From Bacteroidales bacterium (lineage in GTDB: Bacteria; Bacteroidota; Bacteroidia; Bacteroidales; Azobacteroidaceae), in assembly GCA_003851245.1 (NCBI GenBank), contig BHEP01000002.1:7403-71402 (forward strand): a DNA stretch of 64,000 bases, written 5' to 3'. Position numbers and translations under genes: made by a program. The notes beneath the pieces are model-generated. The model was given only the letters and a program-made list of their open reading frames with translations, was not told where the DNA came from and did not search any database. Shown here piece by piece: positions 1 through 9,865 of the stretch; the first letter of the stretch is position 1, and each line of letters opens with the position of its first letter.

Positions 1-1
1 A

Positions 2-427
2 AAGCAAGCAGGCACTATGGGTTTGCTCTGCGATCCAGCACACAAGGCTTTGGCTTCGTTTCCAACAGATATGCACACCGACTGGCAGTGGTGGGACTTG
101 AATATCAACTCCACCACCATGATAGTTGATAGTATTGTGGGTGGCAAAGCGATAGTCGAAATGATAGACAATTTTACCAACAATAGAAAGTTGGCTTCTC
201 TCTATGAGGGTTCTATTGGGAAGGGAAAGCTGATTGTTGCGTCTTTCGATTTATCGACCAAACTCGACCAGCGTCCAGTGGCAAAACAAATGCTGCTCTC
301 TCTGCTGGAGTATATGAACTCCACGGCTTTCGCCCCTACTGAAATACGCAATCCCGAAAGCCTGAGCAAGCATGTTTTGCAGCAGCATGAAAACAAGGCT
401 AAGGAATCCGTAAGGAGTATTTATTGA
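2..427 (+). CDS. 3' end of a gene running off the left edge; C-terminal module of a secreted glycoside-hydrolase-like protein (product uncertain)
   Basis: The frame is open from nt 2, with no stop before the listed Met at 17. Stop TGA at 425-427 is followed by a strong hairpin. The sequence ...DWQWWDL...GKGKLIVASFDL...RPVAKQMLLSLLEYM resembles, from memory, the C-terminal module of large Bacteroidota GH2-type enzymes. This cannot be verified here. Confidence 0.45.
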   Translation, partial: KQAGTMGLLCDPAHKALASFPTDMHTDWQWWDLNINSTTMIVDSIVGGKAIVEMIDNFTNNRKLASLYEGSIGKGKLIVASFDLSTKLDQRPVAKQMLLSLLEYMNSTAFAPTEIRNPESLSKHVLQQHENKAKESVRSIY

Positions 428-430
428 TAA

Positions 431-469
431 TTTCCTTGCAGTAGTTCCTATGGAGCTACTGCAAGGAAA
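431..469 (+). terminator. Stem-loop after the truncated upstream gene
   Basis: TTTCCTTGCAGTAG (431-444) pairs perfectly with CTACTGCAAGGAAA (456-469). The stem extends by four further pairs, one of them G-U, around a 3-nt loop. There is no clear U-tract. Confidence 0.55.
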
Positions 470-897
470 CTATTACCGAATCAATAAATTTACACTCTCT
501 TATGAGCAAGCTTCTCTTTTGTGCTTTTTCTTCTTTGCTGTACCAATGCCATATTTCAAGCGTGTTCACCCATTCGTTACATGTTTTTATGTCCCTTTTC
601 GCACAAAAGAAGCCCTGAGAGATACCCTACAGCCACATGCGTACAGCTCTTTCTGTACACCTTGAATAAATCACAGTAGACCCTGTATGTCAGCGATATA
701 AGATTCTCAATGCCCGATTGAGACGAAAAGTGCGGAGACGATTTTTTTTTCTTTGTTCGTTTCTGCATCATAGCATTTCTCTGCCGCACTAGGCATTCCC
801 ATACATTAAAGGTGGGGCTTTGCTTGACTGCGCTCCTATTTCCGAATTAGAGTAAATGAAAAGTCCAAATAAGTAAGAAGATTCGCCCAGTAGTCTG

Positions 898-905
898 TAC
901 GTTTG
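898..905 (+). promoter_or_regulatory. Candidate Bacteroidota -7 box (TAnnTTTG) for PUL-1 susC
   Basis: TACGTTTG lies 95 nt upstream of the ATG at 1000. It matches the Bacteroides primary-sigma -7 consensus TAnnTTTG. Confidence 0.3.
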
Positions 906-999
906 TATCGTGCTGCATTATCCATCATGCAAAGATGATATTTTCGTCTGATCTAAGGGGACAAGCAGCTAGTATTAAACAGTTTTAAACCTATGATTT

Positions 1000-3900
1000 A
1001 TGAGAAAGAAAAAAAAAGTAGGAGTAAATGTGGCTAGCACTTTATTTTTATCTATGCTGATGCTTCTTAGTATTTCAATGCATGCAAGCGCTCAAAACGG
1101 AGTAAGAGGAAAAGTATTCGATACAATGCAGGAGCCCCTTATAGGCGTGTCGGTACAAGTTAAAGGAACTACCATGGGTGTAATAACCAATATAGATGGC
1201 GAATTTACCATCGGTGCTCTTGGCGCAGAATCTATACTGGTGTTTTCGTACCTAGGCTATACCACGCAGGAGAAACGGGTGGGTAACCAAAAAGAAATCA
1301 ATATAACCTTGGCCGAAGACGACAATCTGCTCAACGAGATTGTTGTAATAGGCTATGGATCGCAAAAGCGGAGCGACCTCACTGGCGGCATAGCCACGCT
1401 ATCTGGCGATAAACTTAACAACATCCCCGCCGTGGATCTTTCCCAACGCTTGCAAGGGCAGGTGGCGGGCATGAGCGTAACGCTTGGAAACGCCAAACCA
1501 GGAGAAGCGGGAACAATCCTGATTAGAGGTAAAAAGACCTTGAAAGGATCTACCTCTCCTTTAATTGTACTCGATGGCATACCGTTTGCAGGAAGCATGA
1601 CAGAGATTGACCAAAACAGCATCGAAAGCATTAGTATATTGAAAGATGCCTCGTCGGCCGCTATTTATGGTGCACGAGCAACCAATGGTGTTATACTAAT
1701 TACAACCAAAAAAGGAGTTGTGGGCAAACCTACCGTCAGATATAGCGGATATGTAGGTGTGCAGAAGGCGCAGCGACTGCCCAACATGATGAAGCCAGAA
1801 GCGTATGTGCAGTTCATGAAAGATTACAGACAAGATACCAAAGACCCAGAGTGGAATAATCCTGAAGCGTATCTGCAAACGGCTCTACTGGAGAACTTTC
1901 GGAACAACAAAACGACCGACTGGGTAGATATGATGTTTCAATCGGGCTTGCAGATGGAGCACCAACTCAGTGTTTCGGGAGCAACGGAAAACACGAACTA
2001 CTACGTTTCGTTTGTCTACTCCGATCAGGAGAGTATTATCAAAGAGTCTAGCGGATACAAGAAATATGCCGTAACCACCAATATCTCGCAGAATATTGGA
2101 CAATATATTAAGGTGGGAACAAACATCCAGTTGTCCGAAAGAGATCGCGGTGGACAGCAACCTAAGTTTGAGTATGGGCTGCGCATGTCTCCTTTTGCAA
2201 GCGCAAGAGACGAGGATGGAAAGTACATACGTTACCCCATGTACGGAGAGGTGATGTATCACGGCCCTTATGCAGAGTATGGTACCACCAAAGATGATAA
2301 AAGCCGAAGCGCATACCTCAACGGATTTGCGCAGGTAGATATGCCGTGGATAAAGGGACTCTCTTATCGGGCCAACATGGGGTCTTCCTATAGGCACAGA
2401 GACAGAGGGACGTATTACCCCACAACCACGATGACGGGCGAAGCAGCCTTGGGAAAAGCCATTGTGGAGGCCAATAACTATGGAGGCTGGACATGGGAAA
2501 ATGTAATAACCTACACCAACTCTTGGCAGAAGCACAACCTTAACCTTACTGGTCTTTACAGTGCGGAGAAGTTGTACGACAATGAAAATAAAACCGAGGC
2601 GCAGGATTTTATCTCAGATGCCAACTTATACCACAACATGGCACTGGCCAAAGGATTGACGAAGCTAACATCGAACGACAAAAGGAAGCAGTTACTAGCA
2701 TATATGCTCCGTATCAATTACTCTTACGATAGCCGCTACCTGCTAACATTAACCGGACGGCGCGACGGCGCATCGGTTTACGGCAAGGGCAACAAATGGG
2801 AGTTCTTCCCGTCGGTAGCAACGGCTTGGGTAATTTCGGAAGAGGCGTTCTTTAAGAATCTTTCGCTGAGTGCGGTAGATCACCTTAAACTACGAGTATC
2901 TTACGGTTCTAACGGAAATATATACAGCGACCCCTATAAATCTTTCACCAAACTAACAGACCAAGATTATATTTTTGGGAATGCCCACGAGTTGGCCGGT
3001 GGATTAATCAGTGGATTTACCTTTGGTAATCCGAACCTGAAGTGGGAAAAAACCGATACCTATAATGTAGGCTTAGACTTTTATCTGTTCAATAATTCTC
3101 GCGTACGCACAGCACTCGACATCTATAGCTCCACAACAAATAACCTGCTCATGACGCGCACCGTGCCAGTAATGAATGGCTATACTTCGGTGGAAGATAA
3201 CGTGGGGAAGGTGCAAAATAGGGGTGTGGAGCTTACCATCAACTCGGATAACATCGTTGCGCCAGACTTTAAGTGGAGCACAACCGTTATTTTTGCCAAG
3301 AACAAGGATAAAATAATAGAGTTGCAAAGAGGCCCTGACGGTAAGAAACTCGACGACATCTCAAACAAATGGTTTATAGGCAAGCCAGTAAGTGTGTGGC
3401 ATGATTATAAGGTAATAGGAATCTGGCAAGAGTCGGAAAAAGAGTCGGCGGCCAAATTCAAGGCCCAGCCAGGAGATGCTAAACTATGGGATAACGGGGA
3501 CGACAAAATTACAGCCGACGACCGCGTAGTGATAGGGTCTAAAGCCCCCGAATGGACGATGGGAATGACCAATACCTTTGCCTACAAGAACCTATCCTTG
3601 TCGCTGTTCTTTAATGGTATCTTTGGCGCATGGCACCAAAATGAAACCATTAAGTACGAGCGTCAGTTGTTTGGTAAGAATATAAATTATCTGGGCAATA
3701 TTGATTACTGGACAGCCAGTAATCCATCTAACCAATATACCCGTTTGGGATACCTTGATGCGCGGCACAACTTCTACAAGAAGGTGGATATAATCCGATT
3801 GCAGGATGTGAATCTGGCTTATAAGTTCCCGAAAACCATGTTGCAGAAGATTGGGATGAAGGATCTAACAACATACATATCTTCGCGCAACCTGTTGACA

Positions 3901-4014
3901 CTATCCAACGGAAACAAGTACACCACTAATGCGGAGCAAGAGATGTACAGTCTGGATTCTACAGGATATCCAGTTCAGCGAACCTTTATATTTGGCGTAA
4001 ATTTAACTTTTTAA
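1000..4014 (+). CDS. SusC-like TonB-dependent outer-membrane transporter (PUL-1)
   Basis: 1004 aa with a signal peptide. It has a CarboxypepD_reg-like N-terminal extension (VRGKVFDTMQEPLIGVSVQVKGT...DGEFTI) and a TonB box/plug (IVVIGYGSQKRSDLTG...ILKDASSAAIYGARATNGVILITTKKG). It ends in a C-terminal Phe and is followed directly by susD. Confidence 0.95.
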   Translation: MRKKKKVGVNVASTLFLSMLMLLSISMHASAQNGVRGKVFDTMQEPLIGVSVQVKGTTMGVITNIDGEFTIGALGAESILVFSYLGYTTQEKRVGNQKEINITLAEDDNLLNEIVVIGYGSQKRSDLTGGIATLSGDKLNNIPAVDLSQRLQGQVAGMSVTLGNAKPGEAGTILIRGKKTLKGSTSPLIVLDGIPFAGSMTEIDQNSIESISILKDASSAAIYGARATNGVILITTKKGVVGKPTVRYSGYVGVQKAQRLPNMMKPEAYVQFMKDYRQDTKDPEWNNPEAYLQTALLENFRNNKTTDWVDMMFQSGLQMEHQLSVSGATENTNYYVSFVYSDQESIIKESSGYKKYAVTTNISQNIGQYIKVGTNIQLSERDRGGQQPKFEYGLRMSPFASARDEDGKYIRYPMYGEVMYHGPYAEYGTTKDDKSRSAYLNGFAQVDMPWIKGLSYRANMGSSYRHRDRGTYYPTTTMTGEAALGKAIVEANNYGGWTWENVITYTNSWQKHNLNLTGLYSAEKLYDNENKTEAQDFISDANLYHNMALAKGLTKLTSNDKRKQLLAYMLRINYSYDSRYLLTLTGRRDGASVYGKGNKWEFFPSVATAWVISEEAFFKNLSLSAVDHLKLRVSYGSNGNIYSDPYKSFTKLTDQDYIFGNAHELAGGLISGFTFGNPNLKWEKTDTYNVGLDFYLFNNSRVRTALDIYSSTTNNLLMTRTVPVMNGYTSVEDNVGKVQNRGVELTINSDNIVAPDFKWSTTVIFAKNKDKIIELQRGPDGKKLDDISNKWFIGKPVSVWHDYKVIGIWQESEKESAAKFKAQPGDAKLWDNGDDKITADDRVVIGSKAPEWTMGMTNTFAYKNLSLSLFFNGIFGAWHQNETIKYERQLFGKNINYLGNIDYWTASNPSNQYTRLGYLDARHNFYKKVDIIRLQDVNLAYKFPKTMLQKIGMKDLTTYISSRNLLTLSNGNKYTTNAEQEMYSLDSTGYPVQRTFIFGVNLTF

Positions 4015-4026
4015 CATACAGCGATT

Positions 4027-5625
4027 ATGAAAAAATATATGATGTGGTTGCCGGCTATGATTTTAGTACTGACGGCATGTGGTGATAGTTTTTTGGATGA
4101 GGAGCCTAAAAACTTCTTAGGGCTAGAGAATGTATTGGTGGACACCAAAGGATTCAATACTATCAATAATGGAATGTATGGGTATGTGCGGCAGGAATTT
4201 CAAACCTGGGGAGGGACCAATACGCTAGTAGGGCATGGGGCCTGTCCGTACGAAGTACTGCAAACGGGACTGGATATTTGCACCTCCACAATTGTAGACA
4301 ACTCGCTTGCTCTGTTTACAAACTATTCGTTCAATTCATCCAACGCTTACATTAATAACAGGTGGCGATGGGCTTATGGCATAATATCCAATGCAAATAC
4401 CATGATCAATAAGGCAGAAGATGCCAGTGTAAACTGGACTAATGCGGACGACAAAGTCTATTTTCAGGCGCACGCCCGCTTCTTTAGGGCGTATGCCTAT
4501 CGGCAGCTGGTCTACTTGTTTGGCGACGTGCCTTGGGTTACAGTGGTAGAGTCGCAATACCGCAACGACTTTGTGCGCACACCGCGCATGGAGGTGGTGG
4601 AGCATATTATTGACGACCTTGAATTTGCCAGTAAGTATTTGCCCGCCGACCTCGCCAAAGTAAAAGACGGGCAGCTTACCAAGTGGACTGCTCTGCACCT
4701 CTTGAGCGAAATATGCAACTTCTCGGGCAACTACAAACGTGCAGAAACGGCCGCCTTAGAGGTGATTGATGCTCCCTATTTTAGTTTGATGGAAGCTCGG
4801 TTTGGTGCATTTGCTAGCAAACCAGGTGATCCGTTCTCGGATATGTTTAAGGAAGATAATCACAACCGTGCTGGCGGCAACCGCGAGTCTATCTTTGTGG
4901 TCCAAAGCGGGTACAGTGTAACTGGTGGAAGCGATGCCAGTACCGACTGGACGCGTCGCGCATGGGTGCCAGCCTATTATAGTATTGGTGGATTCATTAT
5001 CTCGGATGAGTATGGCGGCCGTGGAGTAGGGCAGATACGCCCGCTGCAATGGTGGTTAGATAGTTACGAGAGCCAAGATATGCGAAACTCAGAATATAAT
5101 ATTCGGCGCGAGTGGTATTATAATGACCCAGCCAGTGCACTGTTTGGAACTAAACACGTAATTACGGAGGATAATACACTTCGTGGGCGTTGTTTCCCTA
5201 CAACTACCAAGTTTGACTATATGCCTGCAAGTGATCCCACATCTAACGGAAACATGAAAGATAAAACTCGCTTCCGATTGGGCGAAACTTACCTGCTGCT
5301 GGCCGAGGCCTACATCAATCAAAATAACATTCCGGATGCTACCAATGCTATAAATATGGTAAGGAATCGTGCGAAAGCTACGCTAGCCGATGAAGCCGAA
5401 GTGAATATGGACTATTTGCTGGACGAAAGAGCACGCGAACTATTGGGCGAGGAGATGAGGCGATTTACGCTGATAAGAACAGGTAAATTGCTGGAGAGAA
5501 CGCGAAAATACAATGAGGTCTCGGGACTGGCAATTAAAGACCATCAGGTGTTGTGGCCTGTTCCACAGGTGGTTATTGACGCTAATTGGGGATTGAAGTG
5601 GGATAATAATCCTGGCTGGAACTAA
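4027..5625 (+). CDS. SusD/RagB-family outer-membrane lipoprotein (PUL-1)
   Basis: 532 aa. It has a lipoprotein signal (LVLTAC|GDSFLDEEP), TPR-like SusD motifs (YFLRA-type FFRAYAYRQLV; ETYLLLAEAY; ERARELLGEEMRRFTLIR) and a C-terminal NPGW. It starts 13 nt after susC. Confidence 0.95.
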   Translation: MKKYMMWLPAMILVLTACGDSFLDEEPKNFLGLENVLVDTKGFNTINNGMYGYVRQEFQTWGGTNTLVGHGACPYEVLQTGLDICTSTIVDNSLALFTNYSFNSSNAYINNRWRWAYGIISNANTMINKAEDASVNWTNADDKVYFQAHARFFRAYAYRQLVYLFGDVPWVTVVESQYRNDFVRTPRMEVVEHIIDDLEFASKYLPADLAKVKDGQLTKWTALHLLSEICNFSGNYKRAETAALEVIDAPYFSLMEARFGAFASKPGDPFSDMFKEDNHNRAGGNRESIFVVQSGYSVTGGSDASTDWTRRAWVPAYYSIGGFIISDEYGGRGVGQIRPLQWWLDSYESQDMRNSEYNIRREWYYNDPASALFGTKHVITEDNTLRGRCFPTTTKFDYMPASDPTSNGNMKDKTRFRLGETYLLLAEAYINQNNIPDATNAINMVRNRAKATLADEAEVNMDYLLDERARELLGEEMRRFTLIRTGKLLERTRKYNEVSGLAIKDHQVLWPVPQVVIDANWGLKWDNNPGWN

Positions 5626-5630
5626 AACTA

Positions 5631-5670
5631 AAGGGATTCCTCTTCTGCAAAGAGGAGGAATCCCTTTTTT
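5631..5670 (+). terminator. Rho-independent-type terminator after PUL-1 susD
   Basis: AAGGGATTCCTC (5631-5642) pairs with GAGGAATCCCTT (5655-5666). A T-run follows to 5670. Confidence 0.65.
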
Positions 5671-5732
5671 ATTGCTATCTTGCCGTTAAATTTAGATTAA
5701 TCCATTTGTCTACTCTTTTAAAACGGCACGTA

Positions 5733-8700
5733 ATGCGTAAGCTACAAATAACCATCGTCTTTTTCTTATGTCAGCTCCTTTTAAGTCAGTCATTACTGCT
5801 GGCTAAGAACGATTATATATTCCGTACGTTCTCTCCTGAGGGCGGTTTCTATTACGATGGGGTGAAGGATATTCTACAAGACAAAGAGGGTTTCATATGG
5901 GTGCTGATGGACGAAAATCTATACCGCTTCGATGGGTATAAATATAAGAGCTACTACTCTTATTTTACGAGTTCTAACCACTTCATTCGCTGGACACTGA
6001 AAACCCAAACAATTGATAGCAGTGGGAGCTTGTTCATTAATACCAGCAACGGATTGTTTCAATATGATGGGGATAAAGACAGCTTCAAACTGCTTACGCA
6101 ACACAAAATAGACCAGGTAAAAATAGATGCTCAAGACAGAGTGTGGGTCTATTATCAGGGTGTTTGGAGTATATTAGACCTCGAAACGCTTGAAATATTC
6201 ACGCCGCTTTATGAGGAAGACTCAGCAAGGGCTTTGCGATCCTTGTTCTGCCTCTATCAAGAAGATTTGTATGTGTTTACATGGTCCCATAAGATGCTGC
6301 GGTACAACAACTCCACACGGGAATTTAATTTGTGCTTCCAATTGCCCGTCGGCGACGTTTCGTGCGCACTTATTAATAAAGGTAAGTTGTGGGCCTTGTC
6401 TGCTAGCCAAGGCTTGCTAAAGATAGACCTTGCCACTTCGCTTGTTGAAGCCTCTTTTGATATACCTACCACCTTTGGGAGCAAGTCTTTGTTGATGGAT
6501 AAGAACGACTTAATCTGGCTTGGCACAATCAAAGGATTGTATGTCATTAACCCAACTACAAGGGCATATAGACACTACCTGCACTCCGAAACGGATCCAT
6601 TTAGTTTGCCCAATAGCTCCATCTGGTCGATAAGAGAAGACAATCGGCAAAACATATGGATAGGAACTTTTGCCGGCGGACTGGCGTACGTTAACTTGGA
6701 TGAGAAGATGCCATTTAAATCATATCTCCCTCCAGAAAGCGGACTGAGTCATGCGCCAGTAAGTGCTTTTGCAGAGAGTAGCGAGCATATCTGGATATCC
6801 ACAGAAGGGGGAGGTCTGAACTGCATGGATAAACTGACGGAAGAGTTTACCTACTATACGCACGACCCTCGGAACCTAAACAGCCTATCGTCCAATAACG
6901 TTAAATCGCTCACGCTGGATAAGTATAATCGTCTGTGGATATCTACGTTCAACGGCGGCATGGATTGTTTGGATCTAGCAAGTAAAAAATTCAAGAACTA
7001 CCGCAATAATCCCGAAAATGAAAATAGCCTGTTGTCTAACAGTATTCGTAAGGTTACGCTGGAGGCAGACACTGGTTTGTGGATTGTATACCAACACAAT
7101 AAGGAGATAATATCGTATTATTCTTTCGAGAAAGAGTCTTTTACCCATTTCGACTTTGGAGAGCAAGGCAATCAGTACTATGTGTTTGATATCCTGCGCG
7201 GAGGGAATGATAAGTTGTGGGTGTTAAGTTATCGGAGATTGTATGTGATGGACTTGGCCGATTTATCTGTGCGTAGTGTGCTACCAAACGATTCACTTTA
7301 TCTCTACGGGCGTTCATTGAGTCAAGATGCCTCGAGCAATATCTGGATTGGAACGACAGGAAATGGACTCATCAAGTACAATCCAGAACTAAAGGAGTAT
7401 ACTTTTGTTAGGGAGACCTTAAACTGGGGCATTAATACAATTTATAGCCTTTCGTACAGCGACGACGGCGACATCTGGATGGGCACCGACAAAGGATTGT
7501 ATTGTTACAGTACCATGCGTAACGATATGCTAAGATGGGACAAAAAAGAAGGTACCCAGGGGCAGGTATACTACCCCTTGGCCTCCATGAAAGGGAAAGA
7601 TGGAAAGTTGTACTTTGGCGGAACACAAGGCTTCACCGTAATCAAGCCTGGACAAATAACCCGCAACACACACAAGCCTAAGGTCATTTTTTCCGAATTC
7701 TTTATCGACCACAAACCCATGCATCCCCACTACAGCACGGTAGACTCGGAGAGCGCAATAGTCCTGAACCACGATCAAATAAACTTCGGCTTCCAATTCT
7801 CGTCCGACAACTACCACATACCCGAAAAGAACCGCTTCAAATACCGCCTCAATGGCTACGACAATCGTTGGTACGAGACCAAGGCTGCCAACCGAACTGC
7901 CATGTACTCCAAAATGCCTGCTGGAACTTACTACTTTGAGGTGCTGGCAGCCAATAACGATGGCATCTGGAGCTGCGTGCCCCGGGTGATTAAAGTGGTA
8001 CGAAAGCCCGCCCCATGGCTTAGCTTCCCGGCATATATTCTCTACTTTCTTATTCTAGCGGGCATCTTTTTTCTTATATACCGCCACTACAAGGATAAAG
8101 AAAAGCTGGAGATGCAACTCTATCTCGAAAGTATCGAGAAGGATAAACAGGAGCATATACATCAGGCAAAACTGCGGTTCTTTACCAACATATCGCACGA
8201 CTTCCGAACACCGCTATCGCTCATTATAGCTGCCTTGGACAAGCTCAGGCGCGACGGACTCAAAGAGTATTACTATCGTATACTCAATGGAAATGCACAA
8301 CGTTTGCTCAAGCTAGTGAACGAACTCATGGATTTCCGCAGCGTAGAAAATGGTAAGATGAGGCTGGAGCTGCAAGCGATAGCCATCAATAGCTTCATAG
8401 AGAAGGTGGCAGCCGATTTCGGCGATTATGCCATGCAACGCCACATTGCCTTCACCGTAAATTGTCAGGACAACCTGCCTAAGGTGGTTTATGCAGACGG
8501 TAGCATCCTCGAGAAAGTAGTAATGAATCTGCTCAACAACGCCTTCAAATACACCTCCGAACACGGAACAATTACCATTGAAACGGGTGCGGCAAATAAT
8601 CTTTTCGTCTCGCAACATACCAGCAACTTCATGGTAGGCGAAAAACCAGATTATACAAGCACTTACTTCGTAAGAATAAGCGATACAGGGGCGGGCATAG

Positions 8701-9785
8701 CCCACGAAGCCATAGGCAGTGTGTTCGATAGGTTCTACAAAGCCGACACCGAAAATGCGCATGCGCACTTGGGAACGGGCATTGGCTTGGCACTGGTAAA
8801 AAGCCTTGTGTTGCTGCATAAAGGGAGTATAGCTATTTACAGCGAAGTAAACAAGGGCACGGATATCATCGTCTACTTACCGCTGGATCGTACGCTATTC
8901 GACGAAGCAGACTTTATTGCCAAAGAAGAGACGGAGATGCAGCAACAATTAAACATGCAAGCCACTGGCACGCAGGCATCTAAACTAGAGGGGCTCGAAG
9001 AAAACATTACAGCAGGAAGCACAAAGCGGGTGCTCATTGCCGAGGACAACCACGACCTGAGGGCCTTGATAGCTGAGTCGCTGTCGGACGAGTTCGAAAT
9101 AGTTCAGGCGGCCGACGGCAACGAGGCTACTGCCATCATTGACAAGATGGACATCGACCTCATTATTAGTGACATTATGATGCCGCACAAAGACGGCTTA
9201 GTACTATGCAATGAGGTGAAAGTAGACAGAAACACCTCGCACATACCCTTTGTGTTGCTCACGGCTAAAGTTGGTGTCGAAAGCAAAATAGAAGGAGTAG
9301 GCTCTGGAGCTGATATGTACTTCGAGAAGCCCATAGACCTCAACTACCTCAAACTGTCCATACAAAACATCTTCAAACACCAGCAGCAAATAAAAGACTA
9401 TTATGCCAAAAACTTTTATGCAGATAGCAGCGAGTTGGCCTCTAATGAACAAGACAGTAAGTTTCTCCGACAGCTGGTTGAGTGCATTGAAGAGAACCTC
9501 GACCAGTCCGAGATGGATGTCAACCTCATTGCCCGTCGCTTATGTATGAGTAAAAGTAAGCTTTACTCCAAAATGAAAAGCCTCACTGGAAAGTCTATTG
9601 TAGAATTTGTGCTCAACTACCGCTTGCGCAAAGCGGCCAAATTTATTATTGAACAAGATAGCACAATGCGAGAGGTGATGGTGCAGGTAGGTATTGAGAG
9701 CCAGCCTTATTTTACCACAGCTTTTAAGAAAATGTTCGGACAAACGCCCACCGCCTTTGCTGGGCAATATAAAAAAAGGAAATAA
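5733..9785 (+). CDS. Hybrid two-component system sensor kinase/response regulator with AraC-type HTH (HTCS)
   Basis: It has periplasmic beta-propeller/Y_Y_Y repeats and a TM segment (LSFPAYILYFLILAGIFFLIY). Kinase motifs are the H-box FFTNISHDFRTPLSLI and the ATPase G-boxes DTGAGI / GTGIGLALVKSLV. The receiver reads VLIAEDNHDLR...DLIISDIMMPHKDG, and the AraC HTH is C-terminal. The ORF track starts at TTG 5706; ATG 5733 (MRKLQITIVFF...) is the more likely start. Confidence 0.93.
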   Translation: MRKLQITIVFFLCQLLLSQSLLLAKNDYIFRTFSPEGGFYYDGVKDILQDKEGFIWVLMDENLYRFDGYKYKSYYSYFTSSNHFIRWTLKTQTIDSSGSLFINTSNGLFQYDGDKDSFKLLTQHKIDQVKIDAQDRVWVYYQGVWSILDLETLEIFTPLYEEDSARALRSLFCLYQEDLYVFTWSHKMLRYNNSTREFNLCFQLPVGDVSCALINKGKLWALSASQGLLKIDLATSLVEASFDIPTTFGSKSLLMDKNDLIWLGTIKGLYVINPTTRAYRHYLHSETDPFSLPNSSIWSIREDNRQNIWIGTFAGGLAYVNLDEKMPFKSYLPPESGLSHAPVSAFAESSEHIWISTEGGGLNCMDKLTEEFTYYTHDPRNLNSLSSNNVKSLTLDKYNRLWISTFNGGMDCLDLASKKFKNYRNNPENENSLLSNSIRKVTLEADTGLWIVYQHNKEIISYYSFEKESFTHFDFGEQGNQYYVFDILRGGNDKLWVLSYRRLYVMDLADLSVRSVLPNDSLYLYGRSLSQDASSNIWIGTTGNGLIKYNPELKEYTFVRETLNWGINTIYSLSYSDDGDIWMGTDKGLYCYSTMRNDMLRWDKKEGTQGQVYYPLASMKGKDGKLYFGGTQGFTVIKPGQITRNTHKPKVIFSEFFIDHKPMHPHYSTVDSESAIVLNHDQINFGFQFSSDNYHIPEKNRFKYRLNGYDNRWYETKAANRTAMYSKMPAGTYYFEVLAANNDGIWSCVPRVIKVVRKPAPWLSFPAYILYFLILAGIFFLIYRHYKDKEKLEMQLYLESIEKDKQEHIHQAKLRFFTNISHDFRTPLSLIIAALDKLRRDGLKEYYYRILNGNAQRLLKLVNELMDFRSVENGKMRLELQAIAINSFIEKVAADFGDYAMQRHIAFTVNCQDNLPKVVYADGSILEKVVMNLLNNAFKYTSEHGTITIETGAANNLFVSQHTSNFMVGEKPDYTSTYFVRISDTGAGIAHEAIGSVFDRFYKADTENAHAHLGTGIGLALVKSLVLLHKGSIAIYSEVNKGTDIIVYLPLDRTLFDEADFIAKEETEMQQQLNMQATGTQASKLEGLEENITAGSTKRVLIAEDNHDLRALIAESLSDEFEIVQAADGNEATAIIDKMDIDLIISDIMMPHKDGLVLCNEVKVDRNTSHIPFVLLTAKVGVESKIEGVGSGADMYFEKPIDLNYLKLSIQNIFKHQQQIKDYYAKNFYADSSELASNEQDSKFLRQLVECIEENLDQSEMDVNLIARRLCMSKSKLYSKMKSLTGKSIVEFVLNYRLRKAAKFIIEQDSTMREVMVQVGIESQPYFTTAFKKMFGQTPTAFAGQYKKRK

Positions 9786-9832
9786 GATAAAATAAATAAC
9801 GATAAGAGTAAAATTACCGAAGGTAGAATGCG

Positions 9833-9840
9833 TAATTTTG
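9833..9840 (+). promoter_or_regulatory. Candidate -7 box upstream of the GH88/105 gene
   Basis: TAATTTTG lies 26 nt upstream of ATG 9866. Confidence 0.3.
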
Positions 9841-9865
9841 CTGCCGATAAATAAGCCAAGTTGAT

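Noticed and set aside
450-789. ORFs of 71 aa (+) and 70 aa (-) in the 570-bp gap upstream of PUL-1 susC. A start-less minus-strand frame (…NEWVNTLEIWHWYSKEEKAQKRSLLIRECKFID…) also looks vaguely protein-like.
   Set aside because: They have no start context, no motifs, overlapping frames and low-complexity translation. The region is more likely promoter or 5' UTR, or at most an unidentifiable gene fossil.
1009-1017. Homopolymer tracts as possible slipped-strand phase-variation switches. They are A9 in codons 4-6 of PUL-1 susC, T9 at 742-750, T9 at 49507-49515 and T10 at 49590-49599 next to a -7 box.
   Set aside because: Lys-rich signal-peptide starts and AT-rich intergenic DNA naturally give A/T runs of this length in low-GC Bacteroidota. 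Without population-level length variation there is no evidence of switching.
5706-5732. Extended non-ATG or upstream starts given by the ORF track: 5706 TTG, 17351, 19305, 32078, 42477 GTG and 50376 TTG.
   Set aside because: In each case a downstream ATG gives a canonical signal peptide or lipobox, or avoids overlap with an upstream gene or hairpin. The extensions add non-signal-like residues.
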